From contig JBFWNU010000010.1 in assembly GCA_050250895.1 (NCBI GenBank), forward strand, positions 133,696 to 197,695: 64,000 nt of DNA, read 5' to 3'. Below, piece after piece: positions 47,525 through 56,806 of this stretch. The first letter of the stretch is position 1. Each line of letters opens with the position of its first letter. The position numbers were made by a program, and so were the translations under genes. The stretch is from Vulcanimicrobiota bacterium. GTDB taxonomy: Bacteria; Vulcanimicrobiota; Xenobia; Xenobiales; JADMJV01. Below the pieces are notes generated by a model. The model had not been told where the DNA came from and searched no databases. It saw only the letters and a list, made by a program, of their open reading frames with translations.

Positions 47525-48100
47525 CTACTTGTTGGCAGCGTGATGCTGGGCGGCTCCCACGACGCCACCCAGAGCCACGGCTCCGACTCCGATGGCACTG
47601 AGCCAACCATCGCCGATCAGCGGCGCGGCGGCCAGCGGCGCGGCGGTCAGCATGGTGGCCACGACAGCTTTGCCGAGACCGCGCGAGAGTTTGGCTTTCT
47701 CGGCCAGGGAAGCGCCTTCCTGAGTGGCCATCTGCATGGCCCGAGGCGCGATTTTGGCGCCGACATAGCCTCCGAGCGCCAGACCGGCCGTGCCGAGCAG
47801 GCCGAAAGTGACCAGGGCGGCGGTAGTGGCTTCTTTGGGAAGGGCGTTGATGATGGGAGCGGCCACCTGCATCCCGGCATAGCCACCCGCGGCGGCGCCG
47901 TAGGCGATACCGGTCATCGTCGCCATGGATTCGGCCATCTGAGCCATCCCGCGTCCGATGAAATCCATCCGGCTTTGGGGGCCGTTCTCGACTCGGATGT
48001 CGACGGTGTCACCGGGCTCTACGGATACCCTCGTGACCGGGCTTTCGGCGTTGCGAACGGGCGATTTGGGGGCTTGGACCAGGTTGTTCAGGATTCTCAT
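47525..48100 (-). CDS. Hypothetical Gly/Ala-rich hydrophobic (glycine-zipper-like) protein
   Basis: AAGGAG RBS; polar leader followed by GxxxG-rich helices. Confidence 0.75.
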   Translation of the reverse strand: MRILNNLVQAPKSPVRNAESPVTRVSVEPGDTVDIRVENGPQSRMDFIGRGMAQMAESMATMTGIAYGAAAGGYAGMQVAAPIINALPKEATTAALVTFGLLGTAGLALGGYVGAKIAPRAMQMATQEGASLAEKAKLSRGLGKAVVATMLTAAPLAAAPLIGDGWLSAIGVGAVALGGVVGAAQHHAANK

Positions 48101-48174
48101 TGGCGTGCTCCTTAACTTAAGGTAAACATACCAACAGGCACTGAAAAAAACTTGACAGCCAGGGCGAATCCTTT

Positions 48175-49563
48175 TTACAAAGCCTTGGTGGCGCGCAGGA
48201 TCTCTTCGTCGTAGCCGGCTTTTTGGTAGAAGTGGCGGGCCCGCTGGTTGTTGGCGAAGACATGCAGGCTCATCGAGACGGCTCCCTGGTCGCGGGCCCA
48301 ATTCTCGGCGGCTTCCATCAGGGCCCGGCCGGCCCCCTTGCCTTCACTGGCGGCGGCCACCGCTAGCAGTTCGAGATGAGCGCTGGGTTTCTGGCTGAGC
48401 AGTTCGGGGCGCAGGCGAGCCGCACAGCAGCCCACCACCGCTGCCGATTCGTCGAGGGCCAACCAGCAAGCGCACTGAGGTTCGTAGCCGCGGGCCCAGG
48501 CTCGCAGCATGTCAGCGTCGCCGCGCCAGAGTTCCTGGGGTTGGCGACGCGTCGGCAGCTCGAAGTCGGCCAGCCGGGGCAGTAATTCCAGCATCTGATC
48601 GAGTTCGTCGGGCTGCGCCGGTCGCACCGACACTCGCACCGCCTGCGTGGGCTCCAGGCGAAAGGCTCGTTTGAGGCGCGGCGTAGCCGGGTCGACCCCC
48701 CAGCCAACCACCTGGCCCCGCCCATTGAGGCCGGTAGCTACCCTGAGGTCGAGGCTGCTCTGGTCGGCTTGTAGCGGAGACAGTCCTCCGCCGGACCAGT
48801 GAAAGGCTTTGACCCGGGCCGAGGCCATCACCGCCCAGGGAGCCAATCGGTCAAAACCCATCGGGGGGCGGTCGAAGGTAAAGCCGACCACCCGCCCACC
48901 ATCGTTGACGGCCAGGGCTACTCCGCCGCGTCCGGGCTCGAGTAACTCGGCTCTGAACTCGCCCTTGCGGCGGGTCCACAGGCAAGGTTGCCACTGCAAC
49001 TGGCGGCGGCAAGCTCCGGCCACCAGTTGGCCGTTGGGGCTCAGTCCGTAGGCGGCCGCTTCTTCGAAGTCGGCCGGCGGCTCGAGAGCCGTAGTCCGCT
49101 GGTCTAGAAAAACGGCCGGACCGCCCAGCCCGAGGCCAACGGCCTCACCCTGGTCGTTGATGGCGAAAAGACACAGCGATTCAGGCACGACCTGTAGTTG
49201 GTCGTCGCGCCAGACAAAGCCCAGATTGGTTCGCTTGTCGATGGGCACGCGACCAACCGCCTCGCCCCGGGAATTGACCCCCAGGCCTCGGCTGGCCTCG
49301 CCCATCGGCAAGAGCCGGGCGCTGTCGAGTTCGACCAGAACCGCCTTCCAATCAGAGACCTGCTTGCTCTCGCCAGCGGCCATTTTGCCGTCGCTGCTGA
49401 TCGAGTGCAGCTGCAGAAAGCCCTCGGGCCACTTCTTCGGAGGCGGGTCGGCAAAGCTTCCCAGCGAGGTGTAGCCGACCGTTCGCCCCGGTTCGGAGAT
49501 GGCCCGGGCCACGCTGGAGCCGTCGGGAGCGTAGCCGGCCAGATCGAATAACTTGTAGGCCAT
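48175..49563 (-). CDS. HAF-repeat beta-propeller fused to a GNAT acetyltransferase
   Basis: Repeats GVNSRGEAVG, AINDQGEAVG and AVNDGGRVVG; C-terminal EGKGAGRALM...NQRARHFY. Confidence 0.8.
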   Translation of the reverse strand: MAYKLFDLAGYAPDGSSVARAISEPGRTVGYTSLGSFADPPPKKWPEGFLQLHSISSDGKMAAGESKQVSDWKAVLVELDSARLLPMGEASRGLGVNSRGEAVGRVPIDKRTNLGFVWRDDQLQVVPESLCLFAINDQGEAVGLGLGGPAVFLDQRTTALEPPADFEEAAAYGLSPNGQLVAGACRRQLQWQPCLWTRRKGEFRAELLEPGRGGVALAVNDGGRVVGFTFDRPPMGFDRLAPWAVMASARVKAFHWSGGGLSPLQADQSSLDLRVATGLNGRGQVVGWGVDPATPRLKRAFRLEPTQAVRVSVRPAQPDELDQMLELLPRLADFELPTRRQPQELWRGDADMLRAWARGYEPQCACWLALDESAAVVGCCAARLRPELLSQKPSAHLELLAVAAASEGKGAGRALMEAAENWARDQGAVSMSLHVFANNQRARHFYQKAGYDEEILRATKAL

Positions 49564-49619
49564 AGGGGTTCCATTTTCGAGTCACACCGATTCCCCTCCG
49601 GGCGGGAGTCCACCGACTG

Positions 49620-50678
49620 GTGGCGGAAGGAAGCCAAATGCGGGTATCGGGGCCGCAAAGAGTCCAGTTCTTTCGGAGCCTGGCCACCCTCTTCCACTCG
49701 GGGGTAGGTCTGCATCGAGCTGTCCAGCTGTTGGGAGAACAGCAAGACGATCCCTATCTCGGCGAGGTCTACAACGGAGTGGCCCAGATGCTGGCGGCCG
49801 GGCATACCCTCTCGCGGGCGGCCTCGAACTATCCCGCCATGTTCGCGCGTCTCAACGTTCGCCTGTTGGCCGTGGGCGAGAAGACAGGCGCCCTGGCCAC
49901 CATTCTCGAGCGCATTGCCGACTATGAAGAGCGCCAGAGCGAGCTGCGCCTGAAAGTGCGCAAGGCGGTCACCATGCCGGCCATCCTGGTGGTCCTGTGC
50001 ATGGTGGTCATCGTCGTCTTTCCGCCCTTTGTCCTGCGGGGTATTCTCGAGATGTTGATCGACTCGAGGGTCGAGCTACCTTTGATGACCCGCATTCTCA
50101 TCCTGGTTTCGTCGCTACTGCGCAACCCGCTGGTGGTGCTGGGTTCACTGGCCGCCGTGGCGGCTCTGGGATGGTGGCTTGGCAGCCAGTGGCGAGACCC
50201 GGCCGGCTTGCGCCGCCTGTCGGCCCTGGGTCTGGCCCTGCCGGGGCTTGGCCCGACGCTGCGCCAACTGGCCGTGGCCCGCTTCGCCCGCGCCTACGAG
50301 CTTCTGCTCGAGGCTGGGGTGTTGGCCTCCCAAGCCATGCGACTGGCCGGCGAGGCATCGGGCAACGCCGTCCTGGCCGAGCGGATCAAAGCTTCGGCTA
50401 GCCTGCTCGAGTCCGGTGCCGAATTGCATGAGAGCCTGGCGGCAGCCGAGTTTTTCCCTGAATCGTTTCTGCAAACGCTGGAAGTGGGCCAGGAGAGCGG
50501 TCGCCTGTCGAGCCTGGTGGCGGATGTGGCCAATCTTTTCGAGGCCGAACTCGAGCATCGCTTCGAGCTGCTGGCCGCCACCGTCGAGCCGTTCGCGCTG
50601 GCCTTTATTGGAGGGGTGGTGGCCTTTGTGCTGGTGGCCGTGATGCTGCCCATGATGGAAATGATGAAGGCGATGTGA
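49620..50678 (+). CDS. Type II secretion F / PilC platform protein
   Basis: FFRSLATLFHSGV, VGEKTGAL, VGQESGRL and VEP. Confidence 0.9.
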   Translation: MAEGSQMRVSGPQRVQFFRSLATLFHSGVGLHRAVQLLGEQQDDPYLGEVYNGVAQMLAAGHTLSRAASNYPAMFARLNVRLLAVGEKTGALATILERIADYEERQSELRLKVRKAVTMPAILVVLCMVVIVVFPPFVLRGILEMLIDSRVELPLMTRILILVSSLLRNPLVVLGSLAAVAALGWWLGSQWRDPAGLRRLSALGLALPGLGPTLRQLAVARFARAYELLLEAGVLASQAMRLAGEASGNAVLAERIKASASLLESGAELHESLAAAEFFPESFLQTLEVGQESGRLSSLVADVANLFEAELEHRFELLAATVEPFALAFIGGVVAFVLVAVMLPMMEMMKAM

Positions 50679-51094
50679 GGGCATTGGCCAGGCGGCGCAG
50701 AAGAACCGTCAGTGTGAGACGGCGTGGATTCACTTTGGTCGAATCGGTGGTGGCGGCTACCGTGCTAGGATTGACGGCCATTTTCTTATTGACCCTCTTG
50801 CCATCCGGGCTGTTGAGCTTGCGGCGAGCCAACCAGAGGACCCAGGCGGCGGCCGTGGCCGATTCGCTACTGGCCGAGTATCGCCTCAAGGACCTGGCTT
50901 CACTACCCTTAGGGGCTCAGGGCGCTCTCGCCCCGCTGCCCATCGAGGGGGTCGAATACCGCCGCGCCCTCACCCTCGAGACGGTGGCCGGCTTGCCGCA
51001 GGCCCGCCTGCTGCGGGCCGAGGTCCGATTCACCAATGCCGATCGAGAGAGGACGGTGACCCGCCAGGTCGTCGTCAGCCTGATGCCGCGGTGA
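50675..51094 (+). CDS. Minor pilin (PilV-like)
   Basis: RRG^FTLVES; alternative start GTG 50714. Confidence 0.8.
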   Translation: MRALARRRRRTVSVRRRGFTLVESVVAATVLGLTAIFLLTLLPSGLLSLRRANQRTQAAAVADSLLAEYRLKDLASLPLGAQGALAPLPIEGVEYRRALTLETVAGLPQARLLRAEVRFTNADRERTVTRQVVVSLMPR

Positions 51095-51729
51095 AGGGGC
51101 GACGCGGACTTGGTTTGGCCGAACTGCTGGTGGCGATGGCTCTGGGCGCCATCGTGTTGGCCATCGCCACCAGTCTCATCTGGCAGGCGGTTCGGACCAC
51201 CGCTCGGGGCACGGTCTCGGGAGAACTCTATCAATCGGGGGTGACCGCCCTGACCTGGCTGGTGGAAGACCTCCAGTCTACCGGGGCGGCGGGCATCGGC
51301 ATCCTCAATTCGAGCGGTCCGGCCACGCCCACCGTGTTGACCGTCCACCCCCTGGCCGATGTCTCCAACCAGCTCGTTCGCTTTTATGACGACCACCTCG
51401 TGGTCTATGTCTGGGACCCGGGCACGGGCACGCTGACCCGTTCGACCTGGCCCCCCGGCCCACCGCCGCTGGGGGTCACCCTCGAACCGGCCAATCCCTG
51501 GCGCCCCGACGATACCCAGTTGCTTGCCCTGACGGCCAACAACGGAACCCGTCGGCAGTTGGCCACCCAGGTGACCGCCTTCGAGTTCGAGAACCCGGCC
51601 GGAGTCGACTTTCCCAACATCGGCCAGCCGCTCAAACTCAAATTGAGCCTCGCTCGCCAGGCCGCCGCTGGCTATCAGCCCGAGAAGTTTGAAGTGGAAC
51701 GCCTGATCACGCTGCGCAACGGTCTATGA
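51091..51729 (+). CDS. Minor pilin (PilW-like)
   Basis: RRG^LGLAELL. Confidence 0.8.
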   Translation: MKGRRGLGLAELLVAMALGAIVLAIATSLIWQAVRTTARGTVSGELYQSGVTALTWLVEDLQSTGAAGIGILNSSGPATPTVLTVHPLADVSNQLVRFYDDHLVVYVWDPGTGTLTRSTWPPGPPPLGVTLEPANPWRPDDTQLLALTANNGTRRQLATQVTAFEFENPAGVDFPNIGQPLKLKLSLARQAAAGYQPEKFEVERLITLRNGL

Positions 51730-53051
51730 GAAAGCTCCTACTGTTCTTGCTGTTGACCGTGCCCGGGCTGGCCGAGGACGCTCACTTCTGGGTGACCTTC
51801 TACACCGAGCCGCCCAGCCAGATTCGGCTCGAGCGACTGCGGGCCGATGTGTCCGTGTGGTCGGGCCAGCGGGTGGCCCTTTCGTGGGACGAAGAGCAGT
51901 TGGCTAAGCCGGTCCAGATGGACTTGACGGTCAGGGCGCCGTTCACGGGGCAAGAGTTTCATTTTGAAGAAGTGGTCATACCCAGCAAGCTCAAAGCTGA
52001 TGGCCGTTGGCCCCCGGCCGAGGTCCATCGCTTTGCTCTTTCGAGTCGGGTGAGACTACTCTTCTGGCTGCACGACTATGGCATCGGCCTGCTTGCCCTG
52101 CCGGTGTTGGCAACTCTGGGCTGGTGGGCGGTCATCCGTCCTCGCCGGTTGCGGTTGGCCCAACAATTGGCCCGCGCCCAGCGCCTCGAAGAGCTGCAGC
52201 CGGTGGGCGACGAGGACCCTCTCCTGGGCCAGCGGTTGGGGAAGTACCGCTTGACCAACGAGCTGGGTCGGGGAGGGATGGCCACCGTCTATCGAGGCCT
52301 GCCGGACGAGACTCTCGACGACCAGGACGCGGTGGCCGTCAAAGTCCTCTCGAACCTTCGCGACGACACCTTCAAAGCGCGCTTTCGCCGCGAGATTCGG
52401 GTCATGGCCGAGATGCATCATCCCAACATCGTCAAGGTGCTCGACTTCGGCGAGCAAGACGGTAGGCTCTATCTAGCCATGGAACTGGTGAGAGGCCAGA
52501 CCCTGCGGGATTGGGCCCACCCCCGCCGCCTGACTCCGCCTCAGGTTGCCGACCTTCTTGGGCCTGTCTCGTCGGCGCTTGAGTATGCCCACCGCAAGGG
52601 CGTTATCCATCGCGATCTCAAGCCTGAGAATGTCATGCTCACCGACGAGCAACGAGTGCTGGTGATGGACTTTGGCCTGGCTCGCCGCTCGAGCTTCGAC
52701 ACGGTCACGCAAACCGGCAATATCCTGGGCACCCCGCTCTACATGGCGCCGGAACAGTTCGAAGGCGAGATCGACGCCGCCAGCGACCAGTATGCCCTGG
52801 GCATCATGGCTTTCGAACTTTTGACGGGGGAACTCCCCTTCTTTCACACCGAGGCGATCCAGCTGATCATGGCCCACCTCCAAGAAGAGGCGCCCCTCGT
52901 TTCCAGTCGCGATCCCGCCCTGGCCCCCTTGGATGCCGTCGTGGCTCGCATGCTGGCCAAGAGCAAAAACGACCGCTATCCTACCATCGCGGCGGCTGGC
53001 GAGGCGCTGTGCCAGGCGGCTAGTCGAGCCGCTTCCAGAGCAGAATCTTAG
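51726..53051 (+). CDS. Membrane Hanks-type Ser/Thr kinase with N-terminal extracytoplasmic domain
   Basis: Signal peptide, TM, LGRGGMATVY, VAVK, HRDLKPEN, DFG and GTPLYMAPE. Confidence 0.93.
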   Translation: MRKLLLFLLLTVPGLAEDAHFWVTFYTEPPSQIRLERLRADVSVWSGQRVALSWDEEQLAKPVQMDLTVRAPFTGQEFHFEEVVIPSKLKADGRWPPAEVHRFALSSRVRLLFWLHDYGIGLLALPVLATLGWWAVIRPRRLRLAQQLARAQRLEELQPVGDEDPLLGQRLGKYRLTNELGRGGMATVYRGLPDETLDDQDAVAVKVLSNLRDDTFKARFRREIRVMAEMHHPNIVKVLDFGEQDGRLYLAMELVRGQTLRDWAHPRRLTPPQVADLLGPVSSALEYAHRKGVIHRDLKPENVMLTDEQRVLVMDFGLARRSSFDTVTQTGNILGTPLYMAPEQFEGEIDAASDQYALGIMAFELLTGELPFFHTEAIQLIMAHLQEEAPLVSSRDPALAPLDAVVARMLAKSKNDRYPTIAAAGEALCQAASRAASRAES

Positions 53052-54630
53052 ATTTCTTGACCGGGGTCAGCACCCGGTTGAGGGTAAGATCCAGCACATA
53101 CTCCGACTCGCCTCGACCCATGAGTCCGTCGAGGTAGGGGCCCACGGTGGTGGTCGCTTGCTCGGTCATGGTGTCGCTGTCGTCTTGACCGGCAAACGAG
53201 ATGAGGGCCGTGGTGACCTGTTCCTCGGTCAGGTCGGTCAGATGGATCTCTTCACTCCAGTCGGAACTGGCCGGGTCGGGACCCGCCCCGGGGCCAAACG
53301 AGTAGTAGGCCGTCAGGCTGAAGCGGTCTTCACCGCTACTGGTGGGGACCCGGTCGATCCAGTACATCAGCGAGTCGTCGCTGTCTTCATAGTAGAACGG
53401 AATGCCGATGCCGACCTGAACCGAAACGTCGGTCTGGAGCAGGTTGACGTTGGTCAATTTCAATCCCAACTGGTCGGTGGGTCCATTGGAAACGACCGTG
53501 CCCAGCAGGGTCAGGTCGCGGACATCGATCTGTTGCTCGGAATAGAGCAGGCCGTTGAAAAAGTAGCTGTTCTTGCCGCCCCCGGCCAGGCGCACATCGC
53601 CTTTGCAGGCCACGGCAAGGTTGTCGAGCCCCTCGAGGTCACCGGCCCCATCGATGCGAATGCCGCCATCGGCCAGGATGGCACCGTGGCCAGAGACGCT
53701 GCCCGTCACGCGGAGATTTCCCCGCACCACCAGCACTCCGCCGTCGAGGTGCAGGTCGCCATTGATGGTCAGAGGCCCGTTGCCGGTCCGGAACCAGTCG
53801 ACGTTCTGGGGCCCGACATTGCCGGCCAGCGTGGCCGCGCCGACGAACCCCTCGACTTTCGAGATGAGGGCCTCGACATCGAGCGCGGGTGGCTCTTGAG
53901 GCACCCCGTTGGGGCGCACTTCGCCTCGAACCACCGCCGAAGGGGCGATGGTGACGCCTCCAACGGCCCCGACGTCACCGTAGATGTTCGAACCCACCCC
54001 CAGATTGATCGCGGTGGCAGCGTTGCTGTTGGAGAAAATGTGAGCCGGCTTGCGGGCTTCGGCCGGGAGCGAGCCCACCGTGCCGGTGAAGCTCGAAGCC
54101 TCGGCCAGACCCAATAGGGTCAGGCCGTCAGCGGTGATGGCTCCATTGGAGGCCAGTCCGCGCGGAAAGGGAGGCCGGTAAAACAGGCACTCTACCTCGT
54201 AATGTTCCTCGCCGCAGACGCCTCGGCCCACCAGGTGGACGGTATTGCCCGGAACGCTGCGGCCGTCGCCGGTGGCCGGGGTCGTCTGGTGGAGGTTGTT
54301 GGTGGAGTAGTGCACTCTGGACCCGTGGGCCACAGTCTGGTTGAACGAAAGCACTCCGCTGGAGCCGGCGGGGTAACCGGCGGTGGGGACCGTCAGCGTC
54401 TCGGTAGCCGCCTGGGCGACCCCGAAGTTCTCGTCTTCGATCAGCTTGGCGATGCCCATATGCACGGCCGATTCGGCCAGGTTGCGCGCTTGCTCTTTGT
54501 CGCCGGCCGCGCCCTCGAGGCGCAGATTGAAGATGCCTAACGCCCCGATGATGAAAATGAAGGCCGAGCAGGCGGCCAGCAGAGCCAGCACTGCTCCCAG
54601 ACTGAGACCTCTTTTGAACCTGGAGGGCAT
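53020..54630 (-). CDS. PilX-like pilin with beta-helix-like repeats
   Basis: KRG^LSLGAVL, ARNLAESA and INGDLHLDGGVLVVRGNL. Confidence 0.75.
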   Translation of the reverse strand: MPSRFKRGLSLGAVLALLAACSAFIFIIGALGIFNLRLEGAAGDKEQARNLAESAVHMGIAKLIEDENFGVAQAATETLTVPTAGYPAGSSGVLSFNQTVAHGSRVHYSTNNLHQTTPATGDGRSVPGNTVHLVGRGVCGEEHYEVECLFYRPPFPRGLASNGAITADGLTLLGLAEASSFTGTVGSLPAEARKPAHIFSNSNAATAINLGVGSNIYGDVGAVGGVTIAPSAVVRGEVRPNGVPQEPPALDVEALISKVEGFVGAATLAGNVGPQNVDWFRTGNGPLTINGDLHLDGGVLVVRGNLRVTGSVSGHGAILADGGIRIDGAGDLEGLDNLAVACKGDVRLAGGGKNSYFFNGLLYSEQQIDVRDLTLLGTVVSNGPTDQLGLKLTNVNLLQTDVSVQVGIGIPFYYEDSDDSLMYWIDRVPTSSGEDRFSLTAYYSFGPGAGPDPASSDWSEEIHLTDLTEEQVTTALISFAGQDDSDTMTEQATTTVGPYLDGLMGRGESEYVLDLTLNRVLTPVKKSKILLWKRLD

Positions 54631-54657
54631 GCCAAGAGTATAGCAAACAGAACGGCC

Positions 54658-55584
54658 ATGAGTTCCATCCATCAGCGAATCGTCGAGAATCTCGGTCTGG
54701 TCATCAAAGGCAAGGAGGAGGTCCTGCGCCTCTTTGGCGTGGTGCTCTTAGCTGGCGGCAACGTGTTGATGGAGGACGTTCCCGGGGTGGGCAAGACGAC
54801 CCTGGCCAAGACCCTGGCCTGCACCATCGAGGCCGACTTCAAACGGGTCCAGTTCACCCCCGACCTTTTACCTGCCGACATTCTGGGGGCGTCCATCTAC
54901 AACCCCAAAGAAGGAAGCTTCCATTTCGAAGCCGGACCCATCTTCACCAATATCTTGCTGGCCGACGAGATCAACCGCGCCAGCCCCCGCACCCAGTCGG
55001 CTCTGCTCGAGGCCATGTCTGAAGGGCAGGTGACCATCGAAGGCACCCGCCACCAGTTGCCCCAGCCCTTCATGGTGTTGGCCACCCAGAACCCGGTCGA
55101 GTTCCACGGCACCTATCCCTTGCCCGAGGCTCAGCTGGATCGCTTTACCATGCTGCTCAACATGGGCTATCCCCCGCGCGACAACGAGAAAGAAGTGTTG
55201 CTGGCCCAGCAGCGACGGCACCCGCTGGAAGACCTCAAGGCCGCCGTCGACCTCGACGAGATTCGCCAGGCCCACGACGAGGTTCGCCAGGTCCGAGTCG
55301 AGGAGGCCAGCGTCGACTACATCATGAACCTGATCGAAGAGACCCGTCGCGATGGAAGGCTCAAGCTCGGCTCGAGTCCCCGCGGCAGTCTGGCCCTCTT
55401 TCGCTCGGCTCAGGCCATGGCTTATTCCGAGGGTCGCGACTACGTCCGTCCCGATGACATCAAAGCCCTGGCCGTGCCCGTGTTGGCCCACCGCCTGGTG
55501 CTCGATACCAAAGCGCGCTATGCGGGCATCAGCAAAGCCGAGATCGTGCGCGAGATCCTGACCAAAGCGGTGGTGCCCACCTGA
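54658..55584 (+). CDS. MoxR-family AAA+ ATPase
   Basis: DVPGVGKT, QFTPDLLP, DEINRA, ATQNP and EAQLDRF. Confidence 0.95.
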   Translation: MSSIHQRIVENLGLVIKGKEEVLRLFGVVLLAGGNVLMEDVPGVGKTTLAKTLACTIEADFKRVQFTPDLLPADILGASIYNPKEGSFHFEAGPIFTNILLADEINRASPRTQSALLEAMSEGQVTIEGTRHQLPQPFMVLATQNPVEFHGTYPLPEAQLDRFTMLLNMGYPPRDNEKEVLLAQQRRHPLEDLKAAVDLDEIRQAHDEVRQVRVEEASVDYIMNLIEETRRDGRLKLGSSPRGSLALFRSAQAMAYSEGRDYVRPDDIKALAVPVLAHRLVLDTKARYAGISKAEIVREILTKAVVPT

Positions 55585-55585
55585 G

Positions 55586-56806
55586 GTGAAGAACTTCTTC
55601 CTCATCCGCTGGGGGCGAGGTTTCTATCTTGACCGCCTCACCGACAGCGGACGCTCGTTTTTTTGGATCGGGGTGGTGGCCACCACCGTGGCCATGACCA
55701 CCTTCGTCATCAAGAGCTACTTCGTCTGGTGCGCTCTGGCCGCGCTCCTGCTGGTCTCGATTCCCCTGGCCCGACTGGCGCGCGTGCCCCTCGAGGTCGA
55801 CTACTTACTGCCTGTGAGGGCCACCGCCGGCACCACCCTCGAGGTGCCCGTCACGGCCCGCAACACCCGGCGGCGCACCGCCACCGATCTGGCCTTGCGC
55901 CTGCAATCCGAGCAACTTCGTCCGGCCCCCACCTACCTACCCGCCTTACCCGCGGGGCAGACGCACGAGACCCACCTCAAGGTCGACATCCCTCGGCGTG
56001 GCCACTACCTGTTCACCGGCGTCCGCCAGGAGTGCCTTTTCCCCTTCGGAGTCTGGCGCGACCTGCTCATGCACTCTCGCGAACAAGCCCTGTTGGTGCA
56101 TCCCTGGTTCACTCCCCTCATCGATCTGGACGTGCCGGTGGGGCGCCGCTACCAACCCGGCGGAGTGGCGCTGAGCTCGAATGTGGGCGACTCCACCGAG
56201 TTTCTGGGCACCCGCGAGTATCGCTTCGGCGACAGCGTCCGCGACATCCACTGGCGCTCCTGGGCGCGGCTGGCCAAACCGGTGGTCAAAGAGTTCCAGG
56301 AAGAGTACTTCTGCCGTATCGCTCTGATTCTCGATACGTTCTTACCCCCCGATTCGGGCGAGACCTATCGAGACGACTTCGAGGCCAACCTCTCCATGGC
56401 GGCGGCTGTGGCCGACAGCCTCTCCGAGGGCGAATACGTCATCGATCTGTTCGCGGCCGGACCGGAACTCTATTCCATGCAGGCCGGCCGCAATCTGGCC
56501 CACCTCGAGAACGTGCTTGACGTGGTAGCATGCCTTGAGCCGTGCCGCGAGCCCCCCTTCGAGAAGATCGCTCCCGTCTTGCTCGAGAACATGGTCCACA
56601 CCACCACGGCCGTGATCATCTTGCTCGACTGGGACGAAGCGCGCGAGCGGATGGTGCGGGTCTTGCGGGACCACGGCCCGGCCATCAAGACGATCCTGGT
56701 ACGCCAGACCCCACCCACCCTCGACCCCTCGGCTGCCGAAGAACTGCTGGGGCCGGTGGTGCGCCTGACCCCGGCCGATGTCTGGAACGGGGTGGACCAA
56801 TGCTAA
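55586..56806 (+). CDS. DUF58 protein
   Basis: EFLGTREYRFGDSVRDIHWRSWAR...VKEF. Confidence 0.92.
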   Translation: MKNFFLIRWGRGFYLDRLTDSGRSFFWIGVVATTVAMTTFVIKSYFVWCALAALLLVSIPLARLARVPLEVDYLLPVRATAGTTLEVPVTARNTRRRTATDLALRLQSEQLRPAPTYLPALPAGQTHETHLKVDIPRRGHYLFTGVRQECLFPFGVWRDLLMHSREQALLVHPWFTPLIDLDVPVGRRYQPGGVALSSNVGDSTEFLGTREYRFGDSVRDIHWRSWARLAKPVVKEFQEEYFCRIALILDTFLPPDSGETYRDDFEANLSMAAAVADSLSEGEYVIDLFAAGPELYSMQAGRNLAHLENVLDVVACLEPCREPPFEKIAPVLLENMVHTTTAVIILLDWDEARERMVRVLRDHGPAIKTILVRQTPPTLDPSAAEELLGPVVRLTPADVWNGVDQC

